62,264 nucleotides of DNA, filler included, from Porpidia crustulata (GCA_964255105.1; 7 parts of 7 records of this genome joined end to end with filler, not necessarily neighbours in it); one strand, 5' to 3'; shown: positions 50,027 to 62,264, numbered from the whole stretch's first letter. The notes: a model not told the origin generated them from the sequence alone. Translations and numbers: made by a program.

Positions 50027-50848
50027 ATGGAAATCCGACGATTCGCCGGGTCTGTTCTTCGATCGCGAACATCACCTTTGCTCGCATTTCTTGTACCCTC
50101 GATCTCCTGTCCAACCCTCCTTACAATTGCTCCACACCACACACTGTTCACATCTGTCGGAGACCCATCGATAGCAAGACAACGGAGGACTATACAATCA
50201 TCACAGCGATATGCTTCCTCAGCTGTGCCGGATGAGACCGCTGCTCGAGATTCTCGCGATGGGGGTGAACCTCCAAACAAACCGCGAAACGACTCTCCTA
50301 CATCAATTATCGACAACTTACTGACTAGCACACTATTCGACAAGCCCTCACCCGGCGGAACTCGGCGGCGAACCTCTGATTATATCGATCCGTCTTTCAT
50401 TGGGAAACCCTCTAGCGACTCCGTGGCCAAGATATCGCAAAGCCCATTATCTGGTAGTCCGAGACAATCGCAGGGCGCGCTTGCTAGTTCCATGGACATG
50501 CCGAGAGTGTCGCCGTCGTCCAGTGCAAATCCGTCCAGAGATATGGCCAAGCAATACTCAGAGGAGCCTGCAACTCGGGCTTCTCTAACCATCCGCTCGC
50601 GGCCTAGTGTTGGTCGTACCGTAGAGGTCAACCCTGATCGCGGGATGAATCTAGGACGAGCACTGAGGTCCATGGAAATTGCCTGCGCCCTGAATAAAGT
50701 ACGACAAGACCAAGCAAAACAGCGGTTCCACGAACGACCGGGATCGAAGAGGAAGAGATTGAAGAGTGAGAGATGGAGGGCATTCTTCAAGGCAGGATTC
50801 CGGCATATTGTGCAGAAGGTGAAGGTGATGCGGAGAAAAGGATGGTGA
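50027..50848 (+). CDS. Mitochondrial ribosomal protein bS21m (Mrp21-like)
   Basis: Arg/Ser-rich presequence-like N-terminus; C-terminal S21 motif NKVRQD...QRFHERPGSKRKRLKSERWR...FKAGF...RKGW. Confidence 0.85.
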   Translation: MEIRRFAGSVLRSRTSPLLAFLVPSISCPTLLTIAPHHTLFTSVGDPSIARQRRTIQSSQRYASSAVPDETAARDSRDGGEPPNKPRNDSPTSIIDNLLTSTLFDKPSPGGTRRRTSDYIDPSFIGKPSSDSVAKISQSPLSGSPRQSQGALASSMDMPRVSPSSSANPSRDMAKQYSEEPATRASLTIRSRPSVGRTVEVNPDRGMNLGRALRSMEIACALNKVRQDQAKQRFHERPGSKRKRLKSERWRAFFKAGFRHIVQKVKVMRRKGW

Positions 50849-51282
50849 ACTCTGCAAGTAGATTGGGCCTTCAAGCCCGGATTGAAGTTGTTCACTATGC
50901 ACAAATATGTATATTCAAAAAGTGCGAGATCGATTAGGCAGATGTATGGTGGAACTTCTCGATGCACAAAGAATAATCTTATGGGGAATCTGTTTCCAAT
51001 AGATTTTTACTATACTAATCTCTACGGATTTCCTTACTCGACAAAGACAAACCACTTCTGCCGTCATTGCTGTATACAGATGAAGCCCAATTATTGAGCC
51101 CATTTCCCTACACCTAGACGGATAACGAAAGCTATAGCTAACGCTTACAAGCGATAATGCGTGTCGCTCCTTCCCAAAGACATGAACAAACCCTTGAGTC
51201 TCACCGACGTCTGTCGTCCACTTTGATTTCTTAACACATCTTGTCGTCGCTATCCCCTTAACTTCCAAATATATGCATCATT

Positions 51283-52755
51283 ATGGGACGCCCTGGAGAC
51301 ACTGCCCATTCATCACCTTTAACGTGGTCCAGGAATGCATCCTCGCCGCCGCAGAGCAGCTCGGATCACTCAAGAGCCTCGTCCAGTGCTGATGGCGATC
51401 ATTCCTTCTTCGGAAAACGACCACAACGCAGCTCGGGGCATAGTGGATCAAGCCTTGGGTCTCCGGCTACGTCTCCAATCTCGCCGTTGACCACCATCAC
51501 TCAACATAATATCAAGGAGGCCGAGCGGCAAAGCCTGATTCGTTCGGAAGCTACATTAAACATTCAGGCCAGGTCTCAAGCTATCACATCTGCCCCGGAC
51601 TTACAGTATGCCAGCTCTGATGCTATCCCCAAACTTCCAGATCTCCATCAATCACGACCATCTCAGACATCCAGAACCAGCTACTCTTCATCTTTGGCAG
51701 CAAGCATCGGCGCTGGAAAGGCACCGAAGCTTCCAATCCTACGGGTGCCCTCAAAAGCTACGAAAGATGGTCAGCCGCCTCGGCAAGCTAAGTATGGCCA
51801 TAAGTGGAAAGAGGAGTCATCAGGACATTGGCTTGAGATTAGACTAAGACGTAGACCTCGCCTGGATAGCAGACATGCCGTCTCTGAGGAGAATACACCC
51901 TCAGTCCATTCAACGACCTCGCCAAAACCCCTAGACGAGACGCTTCCAAGTGACCAACCACCCGGCTCAGCGACTAACTCAAGCAAAGCTGCCACTATCG
52001 TCAACGAGGAAGGCTTGTATTGTCGTACTAAGCGCCGTCTTGGTCTTAAAAAGGGCCTTGTGGACAGCGTGCAGGACGAAGGGGTATCAAAAAGCCCTAC
52101 AGGTACAGGACAAATGCTTGACGAAGCCTCTGATACGCTTCGGGAATATGCGGAAAAGATGACAAAATATGGAGACGCATCGTCTGTTACAACCACAAAT
52201 GTTTCTATTGCAGGCACTCGTAGTGGCCTCTCACGTCTCTTCTCATCTTATCGGAAAATTACGCACTCAACCACCAGCTCTGTTCGAAATGTACTGATGG
52301 GTAAAGCGCCGATGCCTTCTCCTGACCCAGAAGCGATGTACGAAGGTCCAAATAACAATTCGTATTTCCGGACGGACATCTCGGATCCGGATGGCTCTAC
52401 TTTTCTTCCGTCCGAAGCTCGCAGAGTAGACACGCCACCCCTAGCTCGTGGAAAGCGTGGGTTCTTTTTCGATTGCAGTAAATCTCCATCAACAAACAAC
52501 AGTAGCCCGGAGTCCGAAGGGACCCATTCTCCACCAGTCACCCCAGGCGGGACATCTAAGAAGCGCAGAGGTTCGGACATAGATTGGTATAAAATGAAAG
52601 AGGCGGCAGATGAAGCAAGGGACGAACGGCTTAATATGGAACTGAACGTGCCGGAGCACCTTCCTAGTAGTCCATTATGTCCTCGCAATCCCAAGCACAA
52701 ATCGGAAGGGACAGGCGTGTGTGTTTACCATGGCAGAAACGGACCATCATCCTGA
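51283..52755 (+). CDS. Hypothetical low-complexity protein, 490 aa, with C-terminal Cys/His motif
   Basis: Long intronless ORF, S/P-rich, ending VPEHLPSSPLCPRNPKHKSEGTGVCVYHGR. Confidence 0.75.
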   Translation: MGRPGDTAHSSPLTWSRNASSPPQSSSDHSRASSSADGDHSFFGKRPQRSSGHSGSSLGSPATSPISPLTTITQHNIKEAERQSLIRSEATLNIQARSQAITSAPDLQYASSDAIPKLPDLHQSRPSQTSRTSYSSSLAASIGAGKAPKLPILRVPSKATKDGQPPRQAKYGHKWKEESSGHWLEIRLRRRPRLDSRHAVSEENTPSVHSTTSPKPLDETLPSDQPPGSATNSSKAATIVNEEGLYCRTKRRLGLKKGLVDSVQDEGVSKSPTGTGQMLDEASDTLREYAEKMTKYGDASSVTTTNVSIAGTRSGLSRLFSSYRKITHSTTSSVRNVLMGKAPMPSPDPEAMYEGPNNNSYFRTDISDPDGSTFLPSEARRVDTPPLARGKRGFFFDCSKSPSTNNSSPESEGTHSPPVTPGGTSKKRRGSDIDWYKMKEAADEARDERLNMELNVPEHLPSSPLCPRNPKHKSEGTGVCVYHGRNGPSS

Positions 52756-53313
52756 TCGATGACTTATCCCATAAGAACTACCAATTAAAAATCAGAGTTT
52801 TTTGATGCGTTCATTGCACGATGCAAACGCTCCCTCACCTGAAAAATAGACGCATGATGTACTTCAAACCTATCAAGATCGTTCGTATTTTGTAGGATAC
52901 AACTATTGGTTTGAACCGTCCTCAGTAGTCTGTTTTTGGCGATGCTTCTTTTGAAGACCTTAAAGTACTTTACGGAATACGTATGTAAAAATCAAGCTTG
53001 GTCCGTCTACTGGTAGCGTCTATAGTTTGTTGAGCGAATCGAATAGGGATGCGCGTTGCATCTACATCGTCTAGGAAGTCAAGCCTTGAGCGGCGACATT
53101 GGAGGAATGAGGTATCAATGATTTGTTCCGTAAGTACTAAAGTACTTACTTATCGTATTTAAGGTATTGGTATCGACGACGTGTTGTTTTTCCGATATTG
53201 ACCTCCACACCTCACCTCCTTATTATATTGCTCGCTACCGTAGCGGGTCTAGTGGCTTCTCGACTTGAAGCTTGGCAACGATGTCCGAGCTTGATCACCT
53301 ACTATCTAATATA

Positions 53314-53366
53314 ACGTAGTCTACCCTCAAACGAGACACACCCTCAAACGAGACACACCCTCAAAC
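53314..53366 (+). mobile_element. Terminus of a second pogo/Fot1-type DNA transposon, cut by the contig end
   Basis: TA followed by ACGTAGTCT and a 17-bp tandem unit ACCCTCAAACGAGACAC (about 2.5 copies). Confidence 0.6.
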
Positions 53367-53466
53367 NNNNNNNNNNNNNNNNNNNNNNNNNNNNNNNNNN
53401 NNNNNNNNNNTTAATTAATTAANNNNNNNNNNNNNNNNNNNNNNNNNNNNNNNNNNNNNNNNNNNN
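53367..53466. other. Artificial contig spacer
   Basis: N44-TTAATTAATTAA-N44. Confidence 0.99.
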
Positions 53467-53605
53467 TTTAGCCGTATGGAAGGCCTGAATGGCCAGCTCA
53501 AAGCGCTGTTCTTTTGTTAATCCAATTGATGAATTCATGGCGATGTAATTGATAAAATTGGGTGGATGGAAGGTAGTTGATCAATTGTGCGAGATATTTT
53601 CTCCA

Positions 53606-53646
53606 TAACCCTAACCCTAATGGTTAGGGTTTTCGAACTAGGGGTG
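53606..53646. repeat. Telomere-like hairpin plus a partial arm of the 11411-11530 element family
   Basis: TAACCCTAACCCTAATGGTTAGGGTT followed by TTCGAACTAGGGGTG, which is identical to the reverse complement of CACCCCTAGTTCGAA at 11428-11442. Confidence 0.55.
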
Positions 53647-56600
53647 AATACGAGGTATTATATTCATGTATTTTGAGGTGGTATCAACAATTTTACTTAC
53701 ACTTATATTCGATTACTTTTCTGCTGAAGGTCTGACCTTTTAATGACACGACAGTCATCTGTTCTCAAAGATGTTGCTATCGCTCGTACTTCTCTATGAG
53801 CATGAAAGTATGCTGCATTTCTATTTACTCTCACTCTTCTGCTCTCGATAGATTTCACGGATTTCTTGTATTCGGATATATATAGTCTTTTCTGTCTTTC
53901 GTCCTAATTCGTGTGCAAGATATAATTCATTGATTCCTCTTCTCTCTAAGGATACGTGCAACAGCTTTATCGCTACTTGAGCATAGTGATTAAGTTCAGT
54001 AGTTGTACAGATCAATTATCTTTCGCCTTTATAACCATATCCAACGCTGGACAAGATCGGCTCGAGTGCGCGGTCGACTTTTTAGCCCAAAATTTGCATT
54101 GATATTGAGATCTGTGCAGTCACCTGTTCGTAATGGATCCTCTCTATTCCTGCATCGTCTTCCAATTCGAGTTGTACCGCACCATACTCTTCGTTTTGGG
54201 CCTTCCGGTCTGGAAGATAGCCTGGGGCCTGGATACTTTAAAAACCTGCTCACTGTGATCGTATAGGATGTAATGTTAATACATTTTGTATTTAGAATGG
54301 CGATTTGGTTCACATCAAGACTGTCTGGCTCGATCAGTATTACTCTAGAATCAGCAGACCTGTTCTATGAAGTCTGTTTAACAGCACGAACTTGGAAAAC
54401 AGGGGAAACCTTGGATTGTTTTGGAGCTAAACTTCAGTGGCACATTCAACTTCGGCTACTGACTGCACGAAAATCGTTTCGATGAGGAAAACGATCGGTG
54501 CACTTTACTTCCGATAAAAGTCAGATGTGGAACGCATAATGCAAGCTAGCAACAGGAAGATGCATAGCGCCAGTGACGAAACCTTTCACAAAGACACACA
54601 CTTGAGCCAGCAATCCACTGGTATAGGGCCCCAATTATATCTGGATGACAACTGCTAAGATTGGAGGGGTACTTGAGTAAGAAATTCCCAGCCTGACGAT
54701 CGAACAGAACGCATAAAGCCAGAGGGATGAGACGCACATCTTCAACATAATCTATGCGTCAAGTTCAAAGATGACTCCTTGCGGCACGCAGTACGCAAGG
54801 CAGATAATGCTCCATCAATCACCTCCAAATATGGTTTCACCTGAACGTTCAACTGGACTAACAAGTACCACCAAGTATGGCACTGGGGGCTTGAAGATCG
54901 TGCTGTGATGGGCGAGGGCCGTCTTTAAGTGGTCTCTTTGTGATGCACTCGTCAACGAAGCGAAGACTTCGACTTTGAATCGACTTTACCAAGCGGTCGT
55001 TGCGTCATATCACTGCTGCAGATTGGTGAGCAACAAACCGAGATCACTTATCCCTGGATCAGGAATCGCACACTAATCTGTCCCTACTGAAGGCTCATAT
55101 TGACTAAACTTTCACAAAGATCTTCAGACCATTTCAAACTGGCAGAGATAAGATATCGTGGACAGTCTGAATATTCAGAGGCGTGCGTCATACTCAGCTT
55201 CCACTCTTGGCTTAAACAATGATAGTTTCTTCAGTAGTCGATACTGATGACCATGTGCCTTGGGCCGAAGATTGCAGGCTGTGCCACCGTCATTGTCACC
55301 CTCCATAGCCTATCTCGTATCATCGTGTGGCATAGGATTAGGCAAAAGCTGTCGCAAAGCATGCCTGTTATAGGCCGTGTAATATTCAGACTGTATGAAA
55401 GAGACGGGCACGACGGGATATTCCATGAGGCTATCCATTCGCAAGACAAGGGCTAGGGCAAGATCAGTGACGAAGGCCCCCTAATCGGACAAATTGGGAT
55501 TCGATAAGAGAATAGAAATAAAGGCGCAGGAACAGAGAGTTGAGGTAGTAAGGTAAGGAGGCCAGAGTGGGAGTGGTAGGGTACCAAGTACGCCGTGACC
55601 GTACTACGCAATGGATCAGTCTGCCCCCCCTTTTCCCCATTACGATTGGAATAGAATGCAGGGATAGAATGCGAGGGTGCCCCGAGACTTAACATGGTGC
55701 GACAGGCTACTGCAGGTGTTACGGCAATTCGTGTCGCGTTCCTGAAGCGCTCAAATCTTCACCCACCCTACACCCATATTGAGGACTGGAGGCCTTGCTT
55801 CATGCTTGACATCAGGCCTAACTACTAGTGACTACTTACTCGTGACTCTGTTCCATCGAAATACGAAATGCGTACTACAGAATACCGAATACAGAAAATT
55901 ACTAGGCTCACTACTCTTCTTCCATAGCCACTACCATTGATGGAGTGCCTGACCTGTTTTCTGGCTTGTCATCTTCGACAATTGGCGCCGGTGATGGCAG
56001 TTATGTACGTTGGTATGTCAGAATACAGAACACTGTTCTGGTAGACATTGCTTCGTCCGCGTCTATAGATTAAGACTATGGGAGGTCGACTTCGGCGTGG
56101 CCTCCGCGCTACGAGTTGACAAGGGAGCCACGAGGGTCTCCACACTCCAACTCCACGTTATCCTGATCGTCCATGGGTTATCCCCCATTATCTGGAACTC
56201 CGTCGACGACACTACGATCAACGCTCGTCTTTCGCTACTTCGTTCCTAGTACACGGCGTATGCATACTTCGGAGCAAAAGGTACGCGAGTGTTTGGCGAA
56301 ACACCCAATAAACCTCTGACACTCTTCATGTGGTAAAAGTGGTCTGCATGAGAAGCAGGTTGCGCTCGGCCAAATCGTCAAATACTTCGCTCAAAGTCCT
56401 CCCTAATCGCCCCACATTACGGATTAGGGTTACTCAGGTCGCTCGCTTCTTTTCTTTACGGTGGTGGGGGAGGCTGTGAGATCTATTGAATTATTGAATC
56501 TTCATGTCCGTCAGAAAGCTAAATACCGTCACAGGCTCGTTGGTGGGGGATTCGCTTGGCTTGAGGCTGGATAAGGGCATTTGAAATCGTTGGTCTCAAG

Positions 56601-57621
56601 TGCGCCCACAAGAATAGCCATGTAGTACTCAGCTGGGCTGCCTGACCTGAATCAGCCGGAGTAAGACTCAGACGGAGCGTCCGCAGCGTGAAAATAGATC
56701 ATGGGATGGCCTACGGAAGGAAGATCTGAGACTGGGAGAAGAAATGTTTCAAAACGGATCTATTTTGCCATAAATCCTTAGGTGATCGTCTCAAGGCCAG
56801 GCTCATGACTAAAATCCCGTTGTCCCACGTAGTCCCGTAAATGACCAGTTGTGGATTCTTGTGGCCGAATCGTAGACGGTAGAAGTGCCCTCCCTCTTCT
56901 TCCCGCCGCCCTCCATATGTGGCCATTCAAAGTCGAGGGTTCTGTAGGGGCAAAAGGAAGCGTGGCAGCCTGACCAATGCCGACGCGGGCCAACCACCAC
57001 ACCACATCACCACGGCACCACCCATCGTCATCTTCCCTTTGTTCATTCCTTCCGTATCGTCGTTCTTTCATGACATCGGCCCGTTGCGTGCAACCATTAT
57101 TGGACCAATAACGCAATCCTCTTTGTTGCATAATTAATCCTATTGCTTGCATTGCCGTACACAAACTCCTAAGCCTCCTTGCACCCTTTTCGGTTGATCC
57201 ATCTGCACCGCTAAACTGCGCGTCCACTCCACGGAGAGCGTTTCACCTTCCGGCAGATTATCTCACCCAGACTCACTCTTTCACATCTCATCGCATCGCC
57301 ATCCGCTTCGTCATCAAACGCAATCCCGAGAGCAAAATCTTCGTGGAATATTATATGGGGGTTGGTGTTGATATGTATGGTTGGCAATCAGGAATACAAC
57401 GGTGAATACAGGTCTGGCACTGGAGAAGGAGCAGGAACAATTGGCCACTTCGCGGCCGTACACAAGAATTCCCTCGCAAAACCGAGTCACCATCGTCATG
57501 CGATAAACATATGCTATTTGTTATTCACTGGCCTCAACCGATAAGCGGCGGCTTGTCGCCGACAACAACTACGACTGAAACGAACTCCACTCGACCAAGC
57601 TACGACCGCAACTTGTTGACA

Positions 57622-60021
57622 ATGCCTGCGCTAGTTCCACCGGTAGAGCTCAAGGGCCACTGCTCCATAATATACAACAATACCTTGTATACTTACCAGG
57701 TCAATGCTTTTCAATCACTGGAACTCCGGGATGGGGGGCAGTGGTCGAAATTGCCGATGGGTATCGCTACGAACGGTTCAACATGCGTGCAAGGAAGATC
57801 TTTCAACGGCGAAGATTCGTTGTACATTGTAGGAGGGGCAACAGACAAGTCAACCGCGGACTACTCAGGTCTTCAACGATTCGTCTTTGGCCAGCAAAAG
57901 TGGGAAGAATGCGCGCCTACCGTAAACGTTACCAACAACAGGCAGTACCACGGATCGACCTTTCTTAATTCATCAGCTTCCATACTCATCTATGCTGGTT
58001 CGCAAGATGATAATTTCGCACCGTCCTCGCAAACCTTCCTAATATCAACGACTTTCCCTTTCAACGTCAGAGCGTTCAGCTCACATGCGCCGCCGGTAAT
58101 TAATCCTCTGATGATGCCCTGGAATGAAAGCCATGCATTGATGTTAGGAGGCGATTCGCAGAATAAGAAGCTGTTCACCTTCGGTCTTGATGATGGTTGG
58201 CAGCAATTGAATGTCAGCCTCTCGGATGGTCTGAAAGATTCGAGTCAAGTCCAAGCCGTCATAGAGTCTGGGAGTGATGGGAGAAAAGTTTTGGAGTTAT
58301 TCGACACGAGCGTATCTCCAAACCAGATTATTACGCTTCTGCTGCAAAGTGTTAATACGCAAGGTGGATCAGATCAACAATCACAGTCAAATACCCCATC
58401 TTCAACGTCGAGGCAGCCACCAACGAAACAGCAAAAAAGGGATACAACGTTAGCAGACAGACCAGCGTATAACAGTACACTTGCACCCCAAGATGTTCGA
58501 AATGGATTCTCCCTTACGCAAGGTCCCTCTGGCTTAGTTGTCGCTTCTGGTGGAGATCCTGGAAACCCAGTTGCCTTATTTAACCAGACCGCAAACCAAT
58601 GGATCGACCCGAATACGTTCTTTGGCGGCCTGACAGCCAACTCTCATGTACAGGACCCTACACAAACCCCTACTTCGACACCAAGTTCCTCTATAGCATT
58701 TACGCCCGCGAGTCCGACTGGACAGTCACCATCGTCCTCCACATCCACAGCTGCGTCCAGCCCAACCCCAACAAGTCACCATGATCTCACCATCCTTGGC
58801 GCAACGCTGGGTGCGGTATTTGGTACGGCGGCTCTTCTTTTCCTTGCCCTACTTATCATACGGTGCGTCCGAAGACGAAAGAGTAACATCGGGCACCGTA
58901 CGAGAAACTTTGATCGAGACAGCAAACATGACATGGATTTTGTTGATCAAGGAGCAGATTTCATGAAAGAAGCAGGCGGCTCACAAGCAAGTAATCACAG
59001 GAGAGATGGCTCAGGCAATTCGAATACTTCTGTTGCCATCATGTCCGGCGCTGTTAGAAGTGATTCTGCACAATCTAAGCGCGGTTTCCTCCACAAAGCA
59101 GGTGATAGCGGTGGAAGTTCAAAATCGTTTTTCAGTCGTGCGAGGTCACCTCTTGCATCCTCACCGCCTCCGATCTCTCATCCAGTCATGACGCCGCATC
59201 CCGGCGAAGTACTTAGTAACCCCCTTGCATCCCCGGAACCTAGGACGGAACCCAGGACAGCGGAAACGGGATGGAGTAAGTATTTCAACAACAATAGCTC
59301 TACGAACCTCGGCGCACTACCTCCAGGTGCTATGCGTCAGCATTCAGGCTCCCGACCAACCACGTACACGTCTCAAAGCTTATCGGACTACGAATCTTCT
59401 CGCGTCACATCGTCTCATCCCCACGAATCCGCTGAAGTTCAACCCCTCAATGTTCGCTCCAGCCAGCCATATCCACCGAATACCCGTGTCGTGAGTCCCA
59501 CTTCAGGCCCTCCATTGGCGGGTGTCGCGATATCCTCTGGAGGCTTAGGCCACGAACCATCTTCGCCTTCGACTGCTGTCTCCGACATTGATGAAGAAGA
59601 CGATTATCGCCAAAACTCGTCTCAGGGACAAGAGCATGCGGGTCCTTCTTCATGGACGCCAGTCGAACGGGGAAGTACATGGGAAGAAAGGCCGATCAGC
59701 AGCGTCTATGCGGATAGTGTAATATACCCGCATCCCGGTGAAAGGGTGCGAATACCTAATTTTCCACGTGTGCCAAGCGGCGGTAATTCATTACGAAATA
59801 GTCAAGTCGCTGGTGGCAGATGGACGCCAAATTCAGCTACCAGGGAATTTGGTGCCACCGCATCTGACCGGGAGCTGCCGGAGCCGGGAAACAGGAGAGC
59901 ACTCCCTCCGGCTGGGACTTCTGAAGTCAGAACCTTTTCCAGACCGCCCGAGGAGCTTGGACCTAGGGGTAGAGGCGGCACACAAACCGAAGACATGAGT
60001 TGGCTGAATCTGGGGAGGTGA
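57622..60021 (+). CDS. Kelch/beta-propeller-like N-terminal region, S/T linker, single TM helix and long disordered tail
   Basis: LKGHCSIIYNNTLY, LYIVGG, ILIYAG, ALMLGG repeats; TM ILGATLGAVFGTAALLFLALLII followed by RRRK; ends DMSWLNLGR. First ATG at 57622. Confidence 0.75.
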   Translation: MPALVPPVELKGHCSIIYNNTLYTYQVNAFQSLELRDGGQWSKLPMGIATNGSTCVQGRSFNGEDSLYIVGGATDKSTADYSGLQRFVFGQQKWEECAPTVNVTNNRQYHGSTFLNSSASILIYAGSQDDNFAPSSQTFLISTTFPFNVRAFSSHAPPVINPLMMPWNESHALMLGGDSQNKKLFTFGLDDGWQQLNVSLSDGLKDSSQVQAVIESGSDGRKVLELFDTSVSPNQIITLLLQSVNTQGGSDQQSQSNTPSSTSRQPPTKQQKRDTTLADRPAYNSTLAPQDVRNGFSLTQGPSGLVVASGGDPGNPVALFNQTANQWIDPNTFFGGLTANSHVQDPTQTPTSTPSSSIAFTPASPTGQSPSSSTSTAASSPTPTSHHDLTILGATLGAVFGTAALLFLALLIIRCVRRRKSNIGHRTRNFDRDSKHDMDFVDQGADFMKEAGGSQASNHRRDGSGNSNTSVAIMSGAVRSDSAQSKRGFLHKAGDSGGSSKSFFSRARSPLASSPPPISHPVMTPHPGEVLSNPLASPEPRTEPRTAETGWSKYFNNNSSTNLGALPPGAMRQHSGSRPTTYTSQSLSDYESSRVTSSHPHESAEVQPLNVRSSQPYPPNTRVVSPTSGPPLAGVAISSGGLGHEPSSPSTAVSDIDEEDDYRQNSSQGQEHAGPSSWTPVERGSTWEERPISSVYADSVIYPHPGERVRIPNFPRVPSGGNSLRNSQVAGGRWTPNSATREFGATASDRELPEPGNRRALPPAGTSEVRTFSRPPEELGPRGRGGTQTEDMSWLNLGR

Positions 60022-60623
60022 TTACTGTCTTTACCTTGCAGCGCTTTCGGCCAGGGATGACTTTCAATTTGAGGTTCTATGCATGGCGAATCGGAGCATC
60101 AGGGGAGTCCCACACTAACGGGGATACCTTCTTTCGTTTCTGTACAATCATTACAGGCGAGTCTATCGACTGTGGCTTAATCGGCATCAGGGTATTTTTT
60201 GTTTGGGGCTTGGAGAAGCTCGTATTTATACCACTGAGAGGTTAGGAGGCCCGGGTTTGGCACGAGATTTCGTTCATTGGTTCCTCACGGATGGAGAAAA
60301 GTACGAGGAAGCATCTCGGAAAATGTCTGAAACGCTAAGCTGTATTTTAGATGTACTAGGTATGAGATCAGCCTGAGCATGAAGCAAAATACATTTAATC
60401 TAGTTTGCCCGTGGAACTGAAATAGATATGATCAAGTAAGATTTTATTCTTTCCTATTGAACACATATTCACATAGTATATCCAATTAGGACAAACCCAC
60501 ATGCTAATAAGGCTGAGCATTACTAATCGCGCCACGAGTAACTAATTCGTTCGCTGAACTTTAAAGGGATTATTCTACCCACGCACGCTACGCATTTGGC
60601 CTTTATACCACAACAAGGCCACA

Positions 60624-62264
60624 ATGTCTACTCTGGCCGATGAACTACTCAACGACTTTGAAGACTCTGGATCCGATGGCGAGAACGAACAATCCAACGG
60701 GCTCTTCCAAAGCACCGCGACGAGTCCGCCCGAAATCGGTCCTTTCAATGGTCACCCTTCAGCTGCTAGAAACGGCGCGGTAATGGACGTGGACGATGAG
60801 GACGAGGACGACGATGAAGACGAAGAGATGGCAGACGGGGGCATGGCGGACCGTGAAGCGCCCGAGGACGAAGAAGAAGCAAAAGCCAAGGTGGAGAAAA
60901 TGCAGCTGGGTGGGGTCAACGACGTCCGAAACGTCGCTGGGCTTATGAAGACGCTGGAGCCTGTTCTGGAGGTAAGAGGTCCCTCTCTCCCCCTATGTTT
61001 GTTTTCCCCCTGAATCGAATCTGGATGCGTGCAAAAGCAAGATTTACAACTCCTATAAACACAGCCCTGACGATCTTCGTCCTCCTTCCAGAAAATCGCG
61101 GAGTATCAAGCTCTACCGCCGGAAAAGCAAACCTCATTTGTTGGATCGGTGGAAGATAATCCCGAGTACCACCTTCTTACGCAGTCGAATACACTTTCGA
61201 CTTCAATCGACAACGAAATCATCTTGGTGCACAAGTTCATTCGAGATCACTACTCAACCCGATTTCCGGAGCTCGAAACCCTTGTTACGAACCCTTTGGA
61301 CTACGCAAAGTCGGTGGCTATCATTGGGAATGGCCCGATGGACAACATCAAGGAGCTTGCCCAGAGGAGTGACAACCTTGTCGGAGTGGCGCTCAAGACT
61401 ATACTGGACGGGCCTTCCCTCATGGTTGTGACCGTCGAAGCGACTACCTCGAGGGGGCGGGATATGAGCGAGAAGGAGCTACAAACTATTATACGAGCGT
61501 GCGAGATGACCCTATCACTCGACAAAGCCAAGAGAATCTTGACCGAATACGTCCAGTCCCGGATGAACCTCTTCGCCCCAAACCTCACAGCTCTAATCGG
61601 CTCCCTTACTGCCGCCCAACTTCTCAACTTCGCCGGTGGTCTTACCGGCCTCGCCAAGACCCCTGCCTGCAATCTTCCCCCTCTAGGCTCTAAGAAGCAA
61701 TCCCAAACCGGCTTCGCAACTAACGTTGGCGTCCGCCAGCAAGGCTTCCTCTACCACTCTCCCATTATCAAAGGCATCCCCAACGACCTCAAGCGCCAAG
61801 CCATGCGTATTGTCGCCGCCAAAGTCGTCCTCGCCGCCCGCGTCGACCGCGTACACGCCTCTCCCGACGGCTCCAATGGCCAAGGCCTGAAACAAGACTG
61901 CCTCGATCGGCTCGAGAAACTCACCGAACCACCCCCGAACAAAGGCCCTCGCGCCCTTCCTGCCCCCGATGACAAACCCTCCCGCAAACGCGGCGGCCGT
62001 CGCGCTCGCAAAGCAAAAGAAGCAACCGCCATGACAGACCTGCGCAAAGCCCAGAACAGAATGGCGTTCGGCAAAGAGGAGAAGGAAGTCGGCTACGGCA
62101 CTGGTTCCTCCACCAAAGGCCTCGGCATGATCGGCGCCGCCAACGACGGCCGCATCCGCAGCCAGCAGATCGACCAGCGCACCAAAGCTAAGCTCTCCAA
62201 GAACAACAAGGGCTGGGGCGCCGGCACCGCCTTGTCCCTCGGGGGCACCGCCTCCTCGTTCCGC
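60624..62264 (+). CDS. PRP31: U4/U6 snRNP protein Prp31 (Nop domain); intron 60972-61091; 3'-partial
   Basis: MSTLADELLNDF, HKFIRDHYSTRFPELE, AGGLTGLAKTPACN, AKVVLAARVD, RKRGGRRARK, TDLRKAQNRMAFG. Confidence 0.96.

Noticed and set aside
53323..53366. 17-bp tandem repeats as a CRISPR-like array
   Set aside because: No spacers, eukaryotic context, and explained by pogo TIR structure.

Overview
Filamentous ascomycete (Pezizomycotina) genomic DNA with spliceosomal introns. The window is not one locus. Six identical 100-nt spacers (N44-TTAATTAATTAA-N44) join seven contigs of strictly decreasing length (8825, 8815, 8813, 8812, 8801, 8800, 8798 nt), so adjacency across spacers carries no information. 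Core genes: FlbA-type RGS protein, NCS1 permease, small heat-shock protein, Bem3-like PX-PH-RhoGAP, phosphoserine aminotransferase, Rap1, HD-domain nucleotidase, GPI wall protein, Snu71/RBM25, mitochondrial bS21, a propeller-TM protein and Prp31. Two contigs look accessory. Contig 2 (8926-17740) holds a truncated DUF3435-like (Starship captain-type) gene, a pogo-like relic, an NLR pseudogene with RIP-type stops and three small inverted-repeat elements, one with CAC termini and a 5-bp TSD as in Transib. Contig 5 (35666-44466) holds the best candidate for an undescribed system: a secreted deaminase-fold protein transcribed divergently from a secreted multidomain SGNH hydrolase and convergently with a cytosolic ankyrin-only protein, a toxin/partner/immunity-like layout. 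All family calls come from motif recognition by eye; no database search was run.
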